From positions 496,001 through 560,000 of the forward strand of contig UYFQ01000005.1 in the NCBI GenBank assembly GCA_900617105.1: a stretch of 64,000 nt of DNA, read 5' to 3'. Below are positions 20,680-31,300 of the stretch, one piece after another. Within the stretch, counting starts at the first letter, position 1, and every line of letters begins with the position of its first letter. Made by a program: the position numbers and the translations under genes. The DNA is from Hydrurus foetidus (taxonomy: Eukaryota). The notes under the pieces are model-generated. The model did no database searches. It worked only from the letters and a program-made list of their open reading frames with translations, and had not been told where the DNA came from.

Positions 20680-22399
20680 TTGTCCACCGTGAAGGTGGTG
20701 GTGGCGAGCGTTTGGGCACTCCCGGCGACGGTGGCGATCAGCTCTATCTTGAGCTTGTTACCGGCTGCGCCCTGCACCACCCAGCTGGCACTGGCCGTGC
20801 TGGTTTGCCCGGTGGCGATGTCGGCGCTTTGGTTGATGTCTTGCACCAGTGTTCCCCCTGTGCTGGTGTTGGTGATGTGCAGTTTGAGCGGGATGGCGGT
20901 GGCGCTGGCCCCGGTGTTGCCCACGCTGCGGTTCAGGGCCACGGTGACTCCCGCTTTGGCGTGGGTGGGGCTGGCGCTGAGGGTGGCGCTGAGCTTGGTG
21001 GGGCCGACCAGAAGCTGGAACTGGTCACGGGCGAGCAGTTGGGTGTCGGTGTAGGCCCAGCTCAGCCCCAGGTTGTAGGCGGCGGTGACGCTGATGTCGA
21101 TGGTGTCACCCACCTGCCCTGCGGCCACCCAGTTGCTGGTGCGTTGGCTGCTTTGTCCGCTGGTGAGGGTGAAGGTTTCGGTGGCGGTGAGCACGGTGCT
21201 GCCGGTGCGGCGGTTGACCCAGTTGGTGGTCACAGGCAAGGCGGTGAAGCTGCCGATGCCATTGGCGGCGAGGGTGCAGTTGTTGGTGAGGTTGCGGCTG
21301 CCCACCAGGCTGCTGCCGAGCTGGACTTGGCGGGTGCTTTGGCTGTTGACGCTGACATCCACGCTGGTGGCCAAACAAGCCCGCTGCTGGCAGAGTTGGC
21401 GGGCCGCAGCTTGCTCGGCCCAGGCCAGGGCTTGCAGTGCTTGGCTGGTGTCGGTGTTGGCGCTGGCGATGCCACGCAGGTAGTTGGCGGCGACGAGGTA
21501 TTCCACCAGGCCTTCTGCGTAGCGGCCTTGGGTGGTGAATTGTTTGCCCAAATCGGCTTGGTAGCTGGCGTTGCTGAGGGCGGTGGTGTCGGCACTGCCT
21601 GTGGGCTTGAGGGCGACCAAGGCTGCGCTGGCGTTGCCGATGAGGGTTGCGACGCTGCTGAGGGTGAAGCTGTGGGTGACGGTTTGGCTCACTGCGGTGG
21701 CCCCTGGGGCGCTGGCCTGCACTTGCACCGGTACGCTGTAGCTGCCGGCTTGCCCGCTGCTGACTTGCAAGATGAGGTTGCTGGTTTGGCCGGGTTGCAG
21801 GCTGATGGCCCAGTTCACCAGGGTGCTGCCGTTGGCTTGTGGGCTGATGTCGGCCGCACTGGCGACACTGGGTTGCGACGCCAACAGGTTCACGCCTGCG
21901 GGCAACAGTGCTTGCACGTTGAGGCTGGCGACTTGGCTGCCGGTGTTAGCGAGCGCGGTGCTGAGGGTTTGCGGCGCACCGGGAACGGGGCTGTTGCCAG
22001 GGGCGATGCCTGCCGGGGTGGTGGCTGTGGTGGTGCTGTTGATGACGGCATTGGGTGTCGCCAAGTAGGCCAAGCTGCGCACCACGGTGTCGGCCAGCAG
22101 GCTGTCGTTGGCGGCGTTGGGTTGGGCCATGAGGGTGGCGAGGTCAAACGCGAAGGTCAGCGCGTGGCCGGTGCCCAGGGTTTTGCTGATGATGGCGGGG
22201 ATGCCTCCGGCGAACATGGCTTGAACGGTGCCGCCGCTGGTGACGCTGTTCGCACCTGTGCTCAAGCTGAAGCGGGTGGGGGTGCCCAAGGTTTTAAGTC
22301 CGGCGGCGGGGTACAGGCTGCCACTCAAGCTGGCGATGCTGTTGGAGGGCAAGGCGGCGGTTTGTTGCACCACGCCCATGTAGGGGTGCAGGTACATGG
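20459..22399. repeat. ~1.94-kb direct repeat, copy 1
   Basis: Matches 14501-16441. Confidence 0.95.
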
Positions 22400-25300
22400 G
22401 CTCTAGCCATTCGGGGGTGCCGTCTACGACGATGCCTGCCCCGCGCTGCGCGGCTTCTCGCATTTCTTTGGGGTCGTACACGGTGAACTTGAGCGAGGCT
22501 CCGCCGCTCACCCAAAAGATGTTGTAGTTGCCGCAGCGCAGCTCTTGGCGGAACTCTGCGGCGCTGGTGACGACTTTGGCGGGAACCGCTAACTGGGCGA
22601 AGTAGTTGCGCAGGGCTTGCGCTTTGGTTTCATCGCAGGCGGGGCTTTGGTTGGCACCGTCATCGCTGTAAATGCAGCTGACCAGCATGAGCACGCGGGG
22701 GTTGCTGGTGGTGCTGATTTGGGTCGTGATTTGCACAGGCGGGGTGGCCGGGGCCGTCACGCTGAAGCTGGTGGTGGCCAACAAGGTGGTGCTGGCCGTG
22801 GCGGTGCCAGTGGTCGTGGTGCTGGCACTCAAGCTGGCGGTATAGCGGCTGCCCGCAGGGCCGGGGGGTGTCCAGCTTTGGTTGCTGCTGAAACTGCCAT
22901 TGGCCGACAAACTGGCAGGCACGGCCCACTGGGCCGCGACGGTGCTGGTGCCCGCTGGGGAAACAGCCAGCGTGGCGGTGGTAGCCACAGCTTGGCTGTT
23001 GGGGTTGCTCAGACGGTAGAGCAGTTGCACAGCAGCGCCGCTTGCCACCGCGCTGGGGCTGGCGGACAGGGTGCCTGTCAAGGGCTGAAGAGGAACCACT
23101 GGCGCACCGCGCAAGGTGAAGGGCGCTTGGGCCAGGGGAAGTTCGTTGCTTGTGGGCAACTGCACGGTGGCTGTGGCGATCAAAGCCAAGCCATCGGTGC
23201 CAGCAGCAGGCCAATTCCAGCTCAAGCTTTGTGAAGCTCCCACGGGCCATGCGGCAACGGTTTGGGTGAAGGTGCCGAGTACCGCGCCTGTGGCGGGGTT
23301 GAGCACGCGCACACGCACCGTAGCGTTGCTGACGGTGGCATTGCCGCTGTTGGTGGCGGTCAATTGCAGGGTCAAGTTTTGCCCGACTGTCACGGGGTTG
23401 GGGCTGGCTTGCAATTGACCGAGCAGGCCGATACCGGTTTGGTCACTGCCGATCACGCTGAATGCGGCGCTGCCCTGGGCCACAGTAGCACCTTGGGCGT
23501 TGCGCACCACAAACTGCGCTTGGTAAGTGCCAGGGCTCAGGGTGTTGGCGGCGAGGCTGTAGCTGAAGCTGCGTTGCCCTTGGGCGGCGAGTTGAGCGAG
23601 GCTTTCGACCTTGCTGAACACCACTGCACCAGTGCTGTTGGTGACAGTGGTCGTCGCGCTGAGGTTGTCTTGCGGGGTGTTGGTGGTCAGGTTGGTTGCG
23701 AGCGAAGTCACTTGCACGGTTTGCGCTGCTGTATAGCTCACACGGTCGGTACGAATGTTGCCGCTCAGGGCCGCGCTTTGGCTGGCTTGCACAGTGAAGT
23801 TGGCTGTGGCAGTGCCGTAAACAATACCTGCGGGGGTAATGAGTTCAGCCTTGATTTGGTAAGCACCAGCCAATACACCAGAAGTCGCCCAAAGGGCGGT
23901 GGCTTGCCCGCTGACACCCGACGCTACGTTGAAGCTCACACCCAGAGGTAAGGCATCAACCGTCTTTCCGGTGGAATCCAACACGGTAAACCGCACCAAA
24001 GGATCACGGGCAAAGCTGCCTGCATTGGTGACAGTGGCGGTGAAGGTGGCTTGCTCGGCTTCGGTGTAAGTGGGTTTGCTCGTGGCGACGGCGAGACCAA
24101 GATTGACCGCTATAGCTGACACATCGGCCACCAGCAGGTTGTTGCTGCGGTCAAAGTCAGCGATGCTGGTTTTACCGGTGCCATCGTCATCGGCGACGAT
24201 CCACAGTGTGCCGTTAGGTATCGCCACATTCAAGCCGCCTGGAAGTGCGAATGTGATGTCTCTATAGTCACCGGGTGCTATGACTTGTTCAAGTAGAGCG
24301 GTACCCAGCAAAACTGAAGACCGTGGTGCACTGCTGTTGGGATTGGCGTTGTAAAAAGCAATTTTTGTTGCAGCAGGTATTTTGTCGGAACCACCATTAC
24401 CAAGGCGAATGGTAAGGACGGAACCCACTGAACTTTGATCGGCTATTCGCAGATAGGACACGGTCAAATCAGGTACCGCACGAGGATCTGCGTCGAGACG
24501 CTTATTAAGACGAAAGGTGTTTTGGGCTTTCCAATTTGGAATTTGAATTTTTGGAACTGTCAAATCATCATTGATATTGGTAATGCTGTAGTCGTATTGA
24601 TTCCACAGACTGCGAGTAGAAACCCAGGCATTGTTGATGTCTTGATATACATAAATCCCATGTTGAGCGCCGCCAAAAGTACCGTCACCTGGAACGATCA
24701 AATTTGCATGACCATCACCACTTGCATCCACAACCAAAGGGTATTCAGCACCAGTGGATGAACTGCTTGTTTTTTCAAACAGCACAGCGCCTGTGGCACC
24801 GTCATACACCCGCAACTTATCTTGATCGCGGTAAATTACCTCCACTTTTCCATCACCATCAAAGTCAAATGCGGTTGAGCCAGTATTGGCAGACCCATCT
24901 TTGATTGGCGAGATCCACGCTACGGATCCATCAGAACGGATGACGGTGTAATTCCATATGCTTGCCACACCGATATCAGGCAAGCCATCACCATCAAAAT
25001 CAGCGATCGTTGCCGCCCCCCCTGCACCACCATCAGCCAACGAAACGGGCCCCCAAATCGTCTGCCCCTCATTGCTGACCAACCACACTTGGCCATGTGC
25101 AACCTGCACCAACTCAGGCACACCATCGTTATTAAAGTCAGCGAAAGGCATAGACCAAAGAGACGAACTGTCTGGGCCACGCCACATGAATGTGCCATTG
25201 CTTGCGAAAACAGCAGGGCCACAAATAATTTGCAACCCAGGCATGGTTTGAGAAATTTTTGCAGCATTAGATGCATCTTCCGGATAACACCGTCCTGAAG

Positions 25301-28238
25301 TACTCAAATCATGCAATAGAACACCTGTTGCAGAGTAAATGTAAGAGCCCAGCAAAATTTCTGGCGATCCATCTTCATCAATATCTGCGACTGATACCCA
25401 ATGAGCAAGAGGGCCATTCGCCTGCCATTTAACCTGTCCAGTGGGTGTCATCACTACAGGGCCACCGTTGTGTTTCACCGCAATGATTTCAGGAATACCA
25501 TCTTTGTCTAAATCAGCAAGTGCCAAACCTGTTTGGGTATGAACACCACCAAACACTGAAGGGGGCACCCGCAAGACCTCTTGCCCAGTCTTACCATCTA
25601 TGGCAACAAGCGATGCAGGCGCAAAATAATTTGAGCCATCGTAGGCTGAAAAAATAATGCGCGGCGTATCAGCTTCATCAATTTTCCCATCCCCATTGGT
25701 ATCGTGAATGCGCCCAACTACTGGGGACATCATGACTTGCCCAGCTGTCCAAGCGAATTTGAGCACAGGTTCAAATGCAGATCGAAGCGGTATGACGAGG
25801 GCATCCTGACCACTTGAGTGAGTGTTGTTGGCCTCATTCGCCTCCAGCACCTGCTGGTTTGCATCCACCATCACATGAATGGGGGCATCCCTAAAGTCAC
25901 GCTGCCCTGCAACAGAAACAGATACTGTGGTCGTCTGGTTTGGTGCGAGCGAACTGGTCAGCACAGCTTGCCCCAAGACCGTATCGCTGATGGCATCAAA
26001 CTGGCCATTCCGGTTGACATCGACGAAAGCAACTAAGCCAACATTGGCAGGAGCAAGCTGCTTGCCAATGTTCGCGACCTGCACACTCACTGCCCCCGTA
26101 AGTTTCAATGTCTGTGGATCAGTGAAAGCCGTAGCACGCTGAACAGCGACAACGGTCAAGTCTGGCAATAAAACATCAACCTTGGGTGGACGCAATCGAA
26201 TTTGACCTACATCCAGCGTTTGTAAAGGTGCAATTGCATATTGCAAAGCGGTACGTTGATAGCCACTGGCCATTGCTTCAACTTGAACATTTGCACCATC
26301 TATTCCACCTTGACTAAAGCGTCCACTGCTTCCCGTTTGTACGGTTAGCACCGAACCATTCTTGAGCGAAATCGTCAGTGTTGCCCCAGTTATGGGCTGA
26401 TTGGTACCCGCATCCAACACAACACCACTCAACATGCCCATATTGGCATTAAGCGGGGTTTGATTGGCAGCGTAGAGCTTGGGCGAGAAGTCCAGCGCGG
26501 TAGCACGCAAATTACTGCACAACACTTGCGTATTCGCTTGCACCGTATCGAAGCCTGCCATGCTGGCCGTCATAACTACAGCGCCACTGACCAAGCCGCT
26601 GATTTGGTAGTGACCTGTAGCGTCCGTCGTTGTGCTCGCGGTGTTCGCACCCGAGACCACAATACCAACACCAGCAATAGGTTGCTGGCTTGAGGCAGAG
26701 AAGACAGTTCCTTGTAATAAACACGCATTGCTGCTGGCTACGCCCGAAGCCAAGGATGGCGAAAAGTTGGCAACCTGCCCTGCTTGCACGGCAACATTGC
26801 CTGTGGCGCTTAAGTAACCAGCTTTGCTGGCTGTTAGGTTGAGGTTACCAACCGTGACATTGGCAATCAGGTAGCTGCCATCCCCAGCAGTCACTGCGCT
26901 GAGATTTTGGCCCTCGATCATGATCGTGACACCTGCTAGCGGTGCATTGCTGCTTGATGTTCTGGCAATCCCATTGACTGTGGCGGTGCTGATGTTGGAC
27001 TGCACCAGCATTTGTACAACGCCAACATCCGTCACTTGACCGGCGGTTAACACCAAACTCAACTTGAGCGTGCTGTAGCCTGTTGCGACAGCCTGGATTT
27101 GGTAGGCACCAGGGCTGACCCCCTGCATAGAGACCCCGCCAGCGCTATCACTGGTTGCGCCAAGGACGCCAGCACCCGTACCACTGAAAAGCACACCTGG
27201 AATCGCTGTACCTGTACGTGCATCAACAAACTTGAGCTTAAGACCAGATTGATTGGGGTTAAGTGGAATTTGCCCAGTCAAGGCCAGCGCACGCAAAGCT
27301 ACGGCAGTTACGTAAGCATCCCCCTGCCATGACCCATCCGCTATTTGCTGACCCAGAAGAAAACTACCCACATCACTGGCAACAGTCGCATTTTGACCAC
27401 CGTAGGGATGCACAGACTCATACGCAATAGCGGTGACTGCCACATCAGACAACCAATTGCCTTGTGCATTGCGCTGGGCCAGCAAATACCCTGCGGCCTT
27501 GCTGGCAATGGCTGCAGCGGTGGCGTTACTGGCTGCGCTATCTTGTAAACCACGCAACACGGTGGCGGTACTTACCGTGTCGCTGATACCAGCAGTTGTA
27601 AAGCTGCCATCAGCCTTCTGGGCTGTTTGCAACCAAGCCAAGAGTCGAGATTGTTCGGGTGCGCTAAGGCTCGTTAATTCCGTTGCCAATGCAGAACCCG
27701 TGTCCAGCGCATTTGAAATACCAAAACCTTCGTAGGCAGCATAGCCACCATCGCCGCCACGGCGTGGACTGACATCATTCAGTAACGACAAGCCAAGTTG
27801 CTGTTGAAGATACTTTTGACATGCCACCGTTTGGGTCGCACTGTCTGCGGTGTTTTGCAAAGCGGCAACCAAAGCCGCTACGGGGCTGCTGTTACCTGCC
27901 AGTTTGAGCAATGTTTTAGCGGTTTCGCAACGGGCTTGCTGAGGCGATGCAACCGCAGAGGGCGTTGCAAGTTGCCCATTGGATTGAACTTGGGACTGGA
28001 GCCATGCCAAACCTCGGCTCAGGTCAGCAGGCGCACCGGACACATACGCCATAGCGAACATGGCAAGGGTGAAAAGCAAGAGATTGCGAACATTTCGCCC
28101 AACAGACCTGACTTGCGCCAAGAAATACCGTGCGATGTGTGCCGTGCGTACCGCTGACGAATGCGAAAAACGTGCGCAAGCACTTTGTACTTTACCAACC
28201 TGCATATGGCCTCCCGACCCATTGCCAGCCTTTGACAA
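20676..28238 (-). CDS. Giant secreted multidomain protein: QW alpha/alpha-barrel repeats, ~4 carboxypeptidase-regulatory-like repeats, CARDB, FG-GAP/VCBS propeller, Ig-like repeats (start uncertain)
   Basis: Hydrophobic leader LLLFTLAMFAMAYVSG-A; WLQTAQKADGSF, YLLAQRNAQGNW, FLLGQQIADGSW; repeated G.V....T..PI.G..I......T...G.Y....ASK.GY; LPDLTV...EANEANN; DLDKDGIPEI, DIDEDGSPEI, DFNNDGVPEL, DFDGDGLPDI, DFDGDGKVEV. Confidence 0.88.
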   Translation of the reverse strand: MSKAGNGSGGHMQVGKVQSACARFSHSSAVRTAHIARYFLAQVRSVGRNVRNLLLFTLAMFAMAYVSGAPADLSRGLAWLQSQVQSNGQLATPSAVASPQQARCETAKTLLKLAGNSSPVAALVAALQNTADSATQTVACQKYLQQQLGLSLLNDVSPRRGGDGGYAAYEGFGISNALDTGSALATELTSLSAPEQSRLLAWLQTAQKADGSFTTAGISDTVSTATVLRGLQDSAASNATAAAIASKAAGYLLAQRNAQGNWLSDVAVTAIAYESVHPYGGQNATVASDVGSFLLGQQIADGSWQGDAYVTAVALRALALTGQIPLNPNQSGLKLKFVDARTGTAIPGVLFSGTGAGVLGATSDSAGGVSMQGVSPGAYQIQAVATGYSTLKLSLVLTAGQVTDVGVVQMLVQSNISTATVNGIARTSSSNAPLAGVTIMIEGQNLSAVTAGDGSYLIANVTVGNLNLTASKAGYLSATGNVAVQAGQVANFSPSLASGVASSNACLLQGTVFSASSQQPIAGVGIVVSGANTASTTTDATGHYQISGLVSGAVVMTASMAGFDTVQANTQVLCSNLRATALDFSPKLYAANQTPLNANMGMLSGVVLDAGTNQPITGATLTISLKNGSVLTVQTGSSGRFSQGGIDGANVQVEAMASGYQRTALQYAIAPLQTLDVGQIRLRPPKVDVLLPDLTVVAVQRATAFTDPQTLKLTGAVSVQVANIGKQLAPANVGLVAFVDVNRNGQFDAISDTVLGQAVLTSSLAPNQTTTVSVSVAGQRDFRDAPIHVMVDANQQVLEANEANNTHSSGQDALVIPLRSAFEPVLKFAWTAGQVMMSPVVGRIHDTNGDGKIDEADTPRIIFSAYDGSNYFAPASLVAIDGKTGQEVLRVPPSVFGGVHTQTGLALADLDKDGIPEIIAVKHNGGPVVMTPTGQVKWQANGPLAHWVSVADIDEDGSPEILLGSYIYSATGVLLHDLSTSGRCYPEDASNAAKISQTMPGLQIICGPAVFASNGTFMWRGPDSSSLWSMPFADFNNDGVPELVQVAHGQVWLVSNEGQTIWGPVSLADGGAGGAATIADFDGDGLPDIGVASIWNYTVIRSDGSVAWISPIKDGSANTGSTAFDFDGDGKVEVIYRDQDKLRVYDGATGAVLFEKTSSSSTGAEYPLVVDASGDGHANLIVPGDGTFGGAQHGIYVYQDINNAWVSTRSLWNQYDYSITNINDDLTVPKIQIPNWKAQNTFRLNKRLDADPRAVPDLTVSYLRIADQSSVGSVLTIRLGNGGSDKIPAATKIAFYNANPNSSAPRSSVLLGTALLEQVIAPGDYRDITFALPGGLNVAIPNGTLWIVADDDGTGKTSIADFDRSNNLLVADVSAIAVNLGLAVATSKPTYTEAEQATFTATVTNAGSFARDPLVRFTVLDSTGKTVDALPLGVSFNVASGVSGQATALWATSGVLAGAYQIKAELITPAGIVYGTATANFTVQASQSAALSGNIRTDRVSYTAAQTVQVTSLATNLTTNTPQDNLSATTTVTNSTGAVVFSKVESLAQLAAQGQRSFSYSLAANTLSPGTYQAQFVVRNAQGATVAQGSAAFSVIGSDQTGIGLLGQLQASPNPVTVGQNLTLQLTATNSGNATVSNATVRVRVLNPATGAVLGTFTQTVAAWPVGASQSLSWNWPAAGTDGLALIATATVQLPTSNELPLAQAPFTLRGAPVVPLQPLTGTLSASPSAVASGAAVQLLYRLSNPNSQAVATTATLAVSPAGTSTVAAQWAVPASLSANGSFSSNQSWTPPGPAGSRYTASLSASTTTTGTATASTTLLATTSFSVTAPATPPVQITTQISTTSNPRVLMLVSCIYSDDGANQSPACDETKAQALRNYFAQLAVPAKVVTSAAEFRQELRCGNYNIFWVSGGASLKFTVYDPKEMREAAQRGAGIVVDGTPEWLEPMYLHPYMGVVQQTAALPSNSIASLSGSLYPAAGLKTLGTPTRFSLSTGANSVTSGGTVQAMFAGGIPAIISKTLGTGHALTFAFDLATLMAQPNAANDSLLADTVVRSLAYLATPNAVINSTTTATTPAGIAPGNSPVPGAPQTLSTALANTGSQVASLNVQALLPAGVNLLASQPSVASAADISPQANGSTLVNWAISLQPGQTSNLILQVSSGQAGSYSVPVQVQASAPGATAVSQTVTHSFTLSSVATLIGNASAALVALKPTGSADTTALSNASYQADLGKQFTTQGRYAEGLVEYLVAANYLRGIASANTDTSQALQALAWAEQAAARQLCQQRACLATSVDVSVNSQSTRQVQLGSSLVGSRNLTNNCTLAANGIGSFTALPVTTNWVNRRTGSTVLTATETFTLTSGQSSQRTSNWVAAGQVGDTIDISVTAAYNLGLSWAYTDTQLLARDQFQLLVGPTKLSATLSASPTHAKAGVTVALNRSVGNTGASATAIPLKLHITNTSTGGTLVQDINQSADIATGQTSTASASWVVQGAAGNKLKIELIATVAGSAQTLATTTFTVDK

Positions 28239-28269
28239 TCAGGCTAACTTATCAATGTGCTTTTTTGTC

Positions 28270-28300
28270 TTTGATTGGACAAAAATTTTGTCCAATCAAA
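28270..28300. promoter_or_regulatory. Perfect 15-bp inverted repeat upstream of the giant gene (operator or hairpin)
   Basis: TTTGATTGGACAAAA-A-TTTTGTCCAATCAAA. Confidence 0.55.
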
Positions 28301-28389
28301 TAACAATCAGTAACATTGTAGGGCAGGTTGTAGCAACACCCTCAACTGCGCAGAAAGAGGGGTGCTACCAAACCACTTTTCAAACGCGC

Positions 28390-31300
28390 TTAAACCAGCA
28401 CCCGCTCGATACCGCCGGTATTCGCCGCGCTCACGTACTGGCCCATCCAGTCTTCGCCCAGAATCTGGTTCGCCATCTCGACGACGATGTAATCCGCTTC
28501 CAGCAGGCCGTTGTTCAGGTCATTGCCGTAGCGCGACAAGCCTTGCAAGCAGCTGGGGCAGCTGGTCAAGATTTTGACGTTGGCGGCTTCGCCCTTGGCC
28601 GCTTCGGTGCCGGTCAACTTGCGCAACGCGGTCGCGTCTTTTTGCAGCTCTTCTTCCTTGCGAAAGCGGATTTGCGTCGAAATATCAGGCCGGGTCACGC
28701 CCAGGGTGCCGGATTCGCCGCAGCAGCGTTTGGATTCCAGCACCTTGTCGCCCATCAGCGCTTTCACGGTTTTCATCGGCTCTTGCAGCTTCATCGGGCT
28801 GTGGCAAGGGTCGTGGTACAGGTAGCTGCCTTGGTCGCTGTTGAGCGTGATGCCCTTTTCGAGCAAATACTCGTGGATGTCGATGATGCGGCTGCCGGGG
28901 AAAATCTTCTCAAACTGGTAGCCCTGCAACTGGTCGTAGCAGGTGCCGCAGCTCACCACCACGGTTTTGATGTCCAGGTAGTTCAGCGTGTTGGCCACGC
29001 GGTGGAACAACACCCGGTTGTCCGTGATCATCTTTTCAGCCTTGTCCGCTTGACCGGAACCCCGCTGCGGGTAGCCACAGCACAGGTAGCCGGGTGGCAG
29101 CACAGTTTGCACGCCCGCGTGCCACAGCATGGCTTGGGTGGCCAAACCGACCTGCGAAAACAGCCGCTCAGAACCGCAACCGGGAAAATAAAACACCGCC
29201 TCGGTTTCTGAGGTGGTGGTTTTAGGGTCGCGGATGATGGGAACGTAGTCTTTGTCTTCGATATCGAGCAGCGCCCGCGCCGTCTTTTTGGGCAACCCGG
29301 ACGGCATCTTTTTGTTGATGAAGTGAATCACCTGCTCTTTGATCGGTGCAGTGCCCACGCTGGCCGGTGGCTTGGCGGTTTGCGTTTTGGCAAAGCTGCG
29401 CAACACGTCGTTCGCAAAGCGCTGGGCTTTGAAACCCACATCGACCATCGCGCTGCGCATCACCTTGATGGTTTGCGGGTTGGTGGCGTTCAGGAAGAAC
29501 ATGGCGGCGGCGTTGCCGGGCCGAAAGCTCTTTTGCCCCATCTTGCGCAGCAGGTTGCGCATGTTCATCGAAACTTCGCCGAAGTCGATGTTGACGGGAC
29601 AAGGTGTCAGGCACTTGTGGCACAAGGTGCAGTGGTCGGCCACGTCTTCGAACTCTTCCCAATGCTTGATGGAGATACCGCGCCGGGTTTGCTCTTCGTA
29701 CAAAAAGGCTTCCACCAGGAGCGAAGTCGCCAAAATTTTGTTGCGCGGGCTGTACAGCAGGTTGGCACGCGGCACGTGGGTCGCGCAGACGGGCTTGCAT
29801 TTGCCGCAGCGCAGGCAGTCTTTCACGCTGGCGGCAATCTCGCCAATGTCGCTTTGCTGCATGATGAGCGACTCATGGCCCATCAGGCCGAAGCTAGGGG
29901 TGTAGGCATTGGTCAAATCAGCCAACATCAAAGGCGCCCCCCCTGCCTGCGCACGATTCACCTGCATTGTTTGCTCTTTATTTCGCAGCAACTTACCCTT
30001 GTTGAAACGACCTTCTGGGTCGATACGTGCTTTGTAGTCGGTGAACGGCTGCAACTCGGCATCGGTCAAAAACTCCAGCTTGGTGATGCCAATGCCGTGC
30101 TCGCCCGAGATCACGCCGTCCAGACTGCGGGCCAGCACCATGATGCGTTTGACCGCCTCGTGCGCGGCTTGCAGCATGTCGTAATCGTCGCTGTTGACGG
30201 GGATGTTGGTGTGGACGTTGCCGTCCCCCGCGTGCATGTGCAGCGCCACCCAGACGCGGCCCTTGAGCACACGCTTGTGGATGGCCGTGCATTCGGCCAA
30301 GATGGCCTCAAACGCTTGCCCCGAGAAGATGCCTTGCAGCGGCGTGCGGATTTGCGTCTTCCAGCTCGCCCGCAGTGCGTGGTCTTGCAGTTGTGGGAAG
30401 AGTGTTTCCACGTTGTCCAGCCAGCCCTGCCACAGCGTGCGCACCTCGCGCACCAGCGTCAGGGCGTGGGCTACGCGGTCTTCCAGCATCTCGGCACTGG
30501 GGATGTCGTTGGCGTCGTCGCCCTTGCCCAGCGGCAGTTTGCCGGTGGCGAAGAAGGCTTCCAGCGCGTCGCAGAGCTTGAGCTTGTTTGCCAGACTCAG
30601 CTCGATGTTGATGCGCTCGATGCCGTCGGTGTACTCGGCCATGCGTGGCAGCGGGATCACCACGTCTTCGTTGATTTTGAAGGCGTTGGTGTGCTTGGAA
30701 ATCGCAGCAGTGCGCTTGCGGTCAAGCCAAAACTTCTTGCGTGCCTCGGGGCTGATGGCGATGAAGCCTTCGCCGCTGCGCGAATTGGCGATACGCACCA
30801 CTTCGCTGGTGGCGCGGGCCACATCATCGGCGTTGTCACCGGCAATATCGCCCACCAGCACCATTTTGGGCAAGGTGCCGCGTTTGGATTTGGTGGTGTA
30901 GCCCACGGCACGCAGGTAGCGGTCGTCCAGGTGCTCCAAACCAGCGAGCAGCACGCCTGAGCGCTTTTGCTCAGCGAACATGAAGTCTTTGATCTCAACG
31001 ATGCTGGGCACCGCGTCTTTGGCGTGGCCGAAGAACTCCAGGCACACGGTGCGGGTGTGCTGCGGCATGCGGTGGACGATCCAGCGGCCCGAGGTAATCA
31101 GGCCATCACAGCCTTCTTTCTGGATGCCGGGCAGACCGCTCAAGAACTTGTCCGTCACGTCTTTGCCCAAGCCTTCTTTGCGAAAGCTGGGGCCGGGAAT
31201 GTCCAAACGCTCGGTCTTGATGTGGGTTTTGCCGTCCGCCTCAAAGTATTTCAGCTCGAAGCTGGCCATCGGCGTGTCGTGGATCTTGCCCAGGTTGTGG

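Noticed and set aside
14676..22406. Long plus-strand ORFs (600 and 590 aa) and similar antisense ORFs elsewhere (29323-30960, 55290-56621, 60676-62379)
   Set aside because: Shadow frames of GC-rich genes on the opposite strand; no recognisable motifs
27280..28010. Squalene-hopene cyclase or alpha-2-macroglobulin identity for the giant protein N-terminus
   Set aside because: Only QW-like repeats are present; no DxDD catalytic motif or CGEQ thioester motif is visible
28060..29211. 383-aa plus-strand ORF spanning the giant gene/oxidoreductase boundary
   Set aside because: Antisense to two well-supported genes; no motifs
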